This document shows positions 42,770-46,079 of a DNA stretch of 46,079 bases, piece after piece. The stretch spans positions 620,001 through 666,079 of the forward strand of contig CAUYUJ010000192.1 of the NCBI GenBank assembly GCA_963575745.1. Direction: 5' to 3'. Source of the DNA: Prorocentrum cordatum. Its lineage: Eukaryota. The notes below the pieces were generated by a model. The model was given only the letters and a program-made list of their open reading frames with translations, was not told the DNA's origin and made no database searches. The translations under genes were made by a program, and so were the position numbers. Every line of letters starts with the position of its first letter. Within the stretch, counting starts at the first letter, position 1.

Positions 42770-44250
42770 CTGGGAGACGTTGTGGGCCGTCTTGGAGCGT
42801 GGGAAGCTCGGCCAGGGCAGACTGGCGAAAACCTTGAAAAACTAAAAGGAAGTCACTGATTGCGGCTTGTCGGAGCTGTCTATGGATTTCCCGTCGGGCG
42901 CACTCGGTGCCTCTGGGGAGTCTCTTGGCCCGTCTTGGGGCTACCTTGAGCGTCTCGGGACGTTCTTGGGGGTCTCTCGGAGCGTCCTCGAGGCCCCCCG
43001 AGCATTCTGCCAGCCATCCGGGGCGCTTTTGGGTCAGTGTTACCGGACTCGGAAGCCTGGGGGCCGCCGGAGGGGCGTCCTGGTGGCTGTCGTAGGGCTC
43101 TCTGGAAGCGTCTTGGGCGCCTCTTGGGCCGTCTTGGGACCGTCTTGGGGGCCTCCTGGGCCGTCGTAGAGCTGCCTGGGAGATCATTGGGGCGGCCTGG
43201 ATGACGTCGTGGGCGTTTTGGAGCGTCGGAAGCTCGACAAGGGGAAACTGCCGAAAACAAGCAAAAACCTAAGGAAAATCAATGTTTTTGGGTTGTCTGG
43301 GCTGTCTCTGGGGTCCTCTTCGGGCGCACGTCGTGCTTCTGGGGAGCCTCTTGGCCCGTCTTGGGGCTACCTTGAGCGTCTCGGAACGTTCTGGGGGGTC
43401 TCTCGGAGCGTCCTGGAGGCCTCCCGGGCACTCTGGCAGCCATCCAGAACGCTCTTGGGGCACTCTTGGGCAGATACGGAGGCCCGGAGGCAGCCAAAGA
43501 AGCGTCCCCGGAAGGGCCCACGAAAGCCTGGGAGACGTCGTGGGCCGTCTTGGAGCGTAGGAAAGTCGAAAAGGGGAAACTGCCGAAAACAGCCAAAGAA
43601 AACCCAAGGAAAATCAATGTTTTGGGGTTGTCGGGGCTGTCTCTGGGGTCCTCTTCGGGCGCACGTCGTGCTTCTGGGGAGCCTCTTGGCCCGTCTTGGG
43701 GCTACCTTGAGCGTCTCGGAGCGTTCTGGGGGGTCTCTCGGAGCGTCCTGGAGGCCTCCCGGGAACTCTGGCAGCCATCCGGCGAGCTCTTGGGGCACTC
43801 TTGGGCGGACTCGGAGGCCCGGGACCCGCTGGAGGGGCGGACTCAGAGGCCCGGGGGCAGCCAGAGGGGCCTCCCGGGAGGGGGCCACGGATAACCTGGG
43901 AGACGTCGTGGGCCGTCTTGGAGCGTCGGGAGCTCGAAAAGGGGAAACTGCCGAAAACAGGCAAAGAAAACCCAAGGAGAATCAAGGTTTTTGGTTGTCG
44001 GGGCCGTCTCTGGGGTCCTCTTCGGGCGCACGTCGTGCTTCTGGGGAGCCTCTTGGCCCGTCTTGGGGCTACCGTGAGCGTGTCGGAGCGCTCTGGGGGG
44101 TCTCTCGGAGCGTCCTGGAGGCCTCCTGGGCACTCTGGCAGCCATCCGGCGAGCTCTTGGGACACTCTTGGGCGGACTCGGAGGCCCGGGACCCGCTGGA
44201 GGGGCGGACTCGGAGGCCCGGGGGCAGCCAGAGGGGCCTCCCGGGAGGGG
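42770..44250. repeat. ~330-370-bp tandem repeat (3 close copies plus 1 diverged) in a CCAAGA-family element, followed by (AT)n at 44308-44364
   Basis: gacgt(c/t)gtggg..ttggagcgt at ~42774, 43203, 43534 and 43902; near-identical blocks ggggagcctcttggcccgtcttggggctacc. Confidence 0.88.
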
Positions 44251-44311
44251 GACACGCCCTATATACAATGAGGTTCCGGCCCGGGGCCCGGGGCCCGGGA
44301 TCTCCCAGATA

Positions 44312-44364
<53 letters not shown>

Positions 44365-46079
44365 GCGTGTATATAGTGTCCCTTCTGCAAACTGATCGGT
44401 CGCCCCCCCGTGCCCAACCCGAGGAGCGCCCTGGCCAGAGTCTCGAGGCGAGCGCGGCCGCGGCGACGCAACTAAATAGAGAGAAGACGTGTCGCCACAG
44501 GGGCACCGCTCCCCGAGCCTCGGTCCTCGAAGACGTGGGTCCAGCGCCGACCCAAGGAAAACGCGAAGATCTCCGAAAGTGTATGTGTATGTCGTCCCTT
44601 TCTCCTTCTAGATCCCCCAAAAAGACCCTGGCGTCTGACGATCTGACGCTTTTCAGCGCGCAGCCCCAGGGGTCCCTCGACCTTTTCCCCGGTTGCAAGC
44701 TTTTCGCCCCAGATCAGTTTCTGATGGACACAACGGGCCGAACTCACGGACCCAAGGAGCCGAACGAACTCACGGAAACACGCCCGGATTGGATTAAGAG
44801 GTCTGAGAAGGAGGCACCAAAAGATACAGAGGAGGAGGAGGAGGAGGAGGAGGAGGAGGAGGAGGAGGAGGAGAAGGAGGAAGAGGAGGAGGAGAGGAGG
44901 AGGAGAAGGAGGAGAGGCGGGAGGAGGAGGAGGAGGAGGAGGAGGGGGAGGAGGAGGAGGAGGAGGAGAAGGACGGGGAGGAGACGGGCTCGGAGTCGGA
45001 GACGGAGCCCGAGGAGGCGGAGGCGGAGACGGAGGGCGAGGCGGAGGCGGAGACGGAGGAGGGGGGACGGAGAGGGAGCCGGAGGCGGAGGCGGCGACGG
45101 AGGAGGCGGACACGGAGGAGGAGGAGGTGGAGGAGGAGGAGGAGACGGAGACGGAGAAGATCAGGAGCGGAGGCGCAGGCGGGCAACCACATCGAGGACG
45201 CACGCTGGGAGATGTCTTGCACATGCCAGTAACTGTCGGCACACACCGGAACCGGCTGCGTGCTGGCTGCGGTAGATGCGACGTCGTGGGGAGGCCAGAT
45301 CGGCCATGACCACAACCAAGGTGCTCATGCCGAGGTCGGTGGGTTCTCCCCAGAAGGGCCATTCCGAAAGATCCACTTCGCTGTGGTCGTCGTTGTGCCT
45401 GGAGGGGAGGAGTAGAAGGCGGAGGCGGAAACAGAGACGGAAAAGGAGGGGAGGAGTAGAAGGCGGAGGCGGAAACAGAGACGGAAAAGGAGGGGGGGCG
45501 GAGGCGGAGGATGATTGGCGACGCGCCCGAGAGGGAAGCAGAAGTCGCAGGCCTCATCGGAAGGCGGGGGCGCTTCTCAGAAGGCCCAACACCTTCTCAC
45601 AAGCCCTCCCTGGATGCCAAAGTAGGTTATATCTGGTCCGACCCATGGCAGATTCAAAAAAAAAAACTCAACCCCAAAACGTTGCGATCTCTTGGGGACG
45701 TACGTTCTACTTCCCTTTTTACACCACTACCCCCTAAGCGGTCAAAGGAAGTTTCAGGGCGGGCTTCGGCTTCTATCTATGGCATGCACAGTCTAAAAAC
45801 TTGATCGGATGTCCTGCAGCGAGGGCGTGTGGAGAGGCAAGGTACCGGAATCTACCCCGCCACGCACGCGCCCCCACCTCTGTGGGACTGGCTCTGTGAG
45901 CAGCACCTGAGGCCACAGCCTCTAAATGAGCACCGAGGCCGCCCCGCTTCGGCTGGCTCGGCCGGCCTCCGCGCGCCTTCTGCCTGCTTCCGCCAGCGGA
46001 GCCGCCCTGGCTTTGCTTCCGCCACCTCCCGCCGAAGAGGAGGTGCCAACCCCTTCGATCCTCGAAGGCGAGCCCATTT

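Noticed and set aside
43209..45275. 688-aa ORF, and similar long ORFs (5118-6512, 7031-8230, 7378-8670, 18286-19920, 18323-19699, 22686-24222)
   Set aside because: They run through satellites, microsatellites and TE cores, are open in several frames and strands at once, and carry no domain motif.

Overview
Eukaryotic, GC-rich, repeat-saturated DNA with the hallmarks of a dinoflagellate genome (inferred from GC-AG introns, AG|G acceptors, micro-exons and long (GGA)n tracts; resembles Prorocentrum-type DNA). The long ORFs in the six-frame track are almost all artefacts of microsatellites and satellites with 3n unit lengths. The real coding content is one minus-strand gene split into at least 10 micro-exons of 30-79 nt, spread over about 34 kb (37515 to 3627). 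They splice in frame to 471 nt / 157 aa: MAGGRRLHGFVVAVAAAL-ALVATAGSASKSW-YLIASSPASGK-VAYVKLASDGAPASGKQ-AMRTLIDTNLKYPQGIAVDSYR-GKLFVADPSLNKLVSYTLHRSSDALT-VSPMQTVAEN-VEVRAVAVDGLGN-VFFTDEPAQQILK-VTSEMMEKGVTTPE... This is a signal-peptide-bearing NHL/SMP-30-like beta-propeller; no stop was found, so the 3' part probably lies beyond position 1. A degenerate spliced-leader-like motif sits 66 nt upstream of the ATG. The introns (0.66-10.7 kb) and the upstream region hold more than ten short non-autonomous transposon families (TA, 4-bp, 5-bp and ~10-bp TSD classes, foldbacks, and hairpin-ended elements lacking clear TIRs), some nested, plus satellites with 11, 33, 99, ~168, 183 and ~330-370 bp units. 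No rRNA, tRNA, CRISPR array or intact transposase was recognised.
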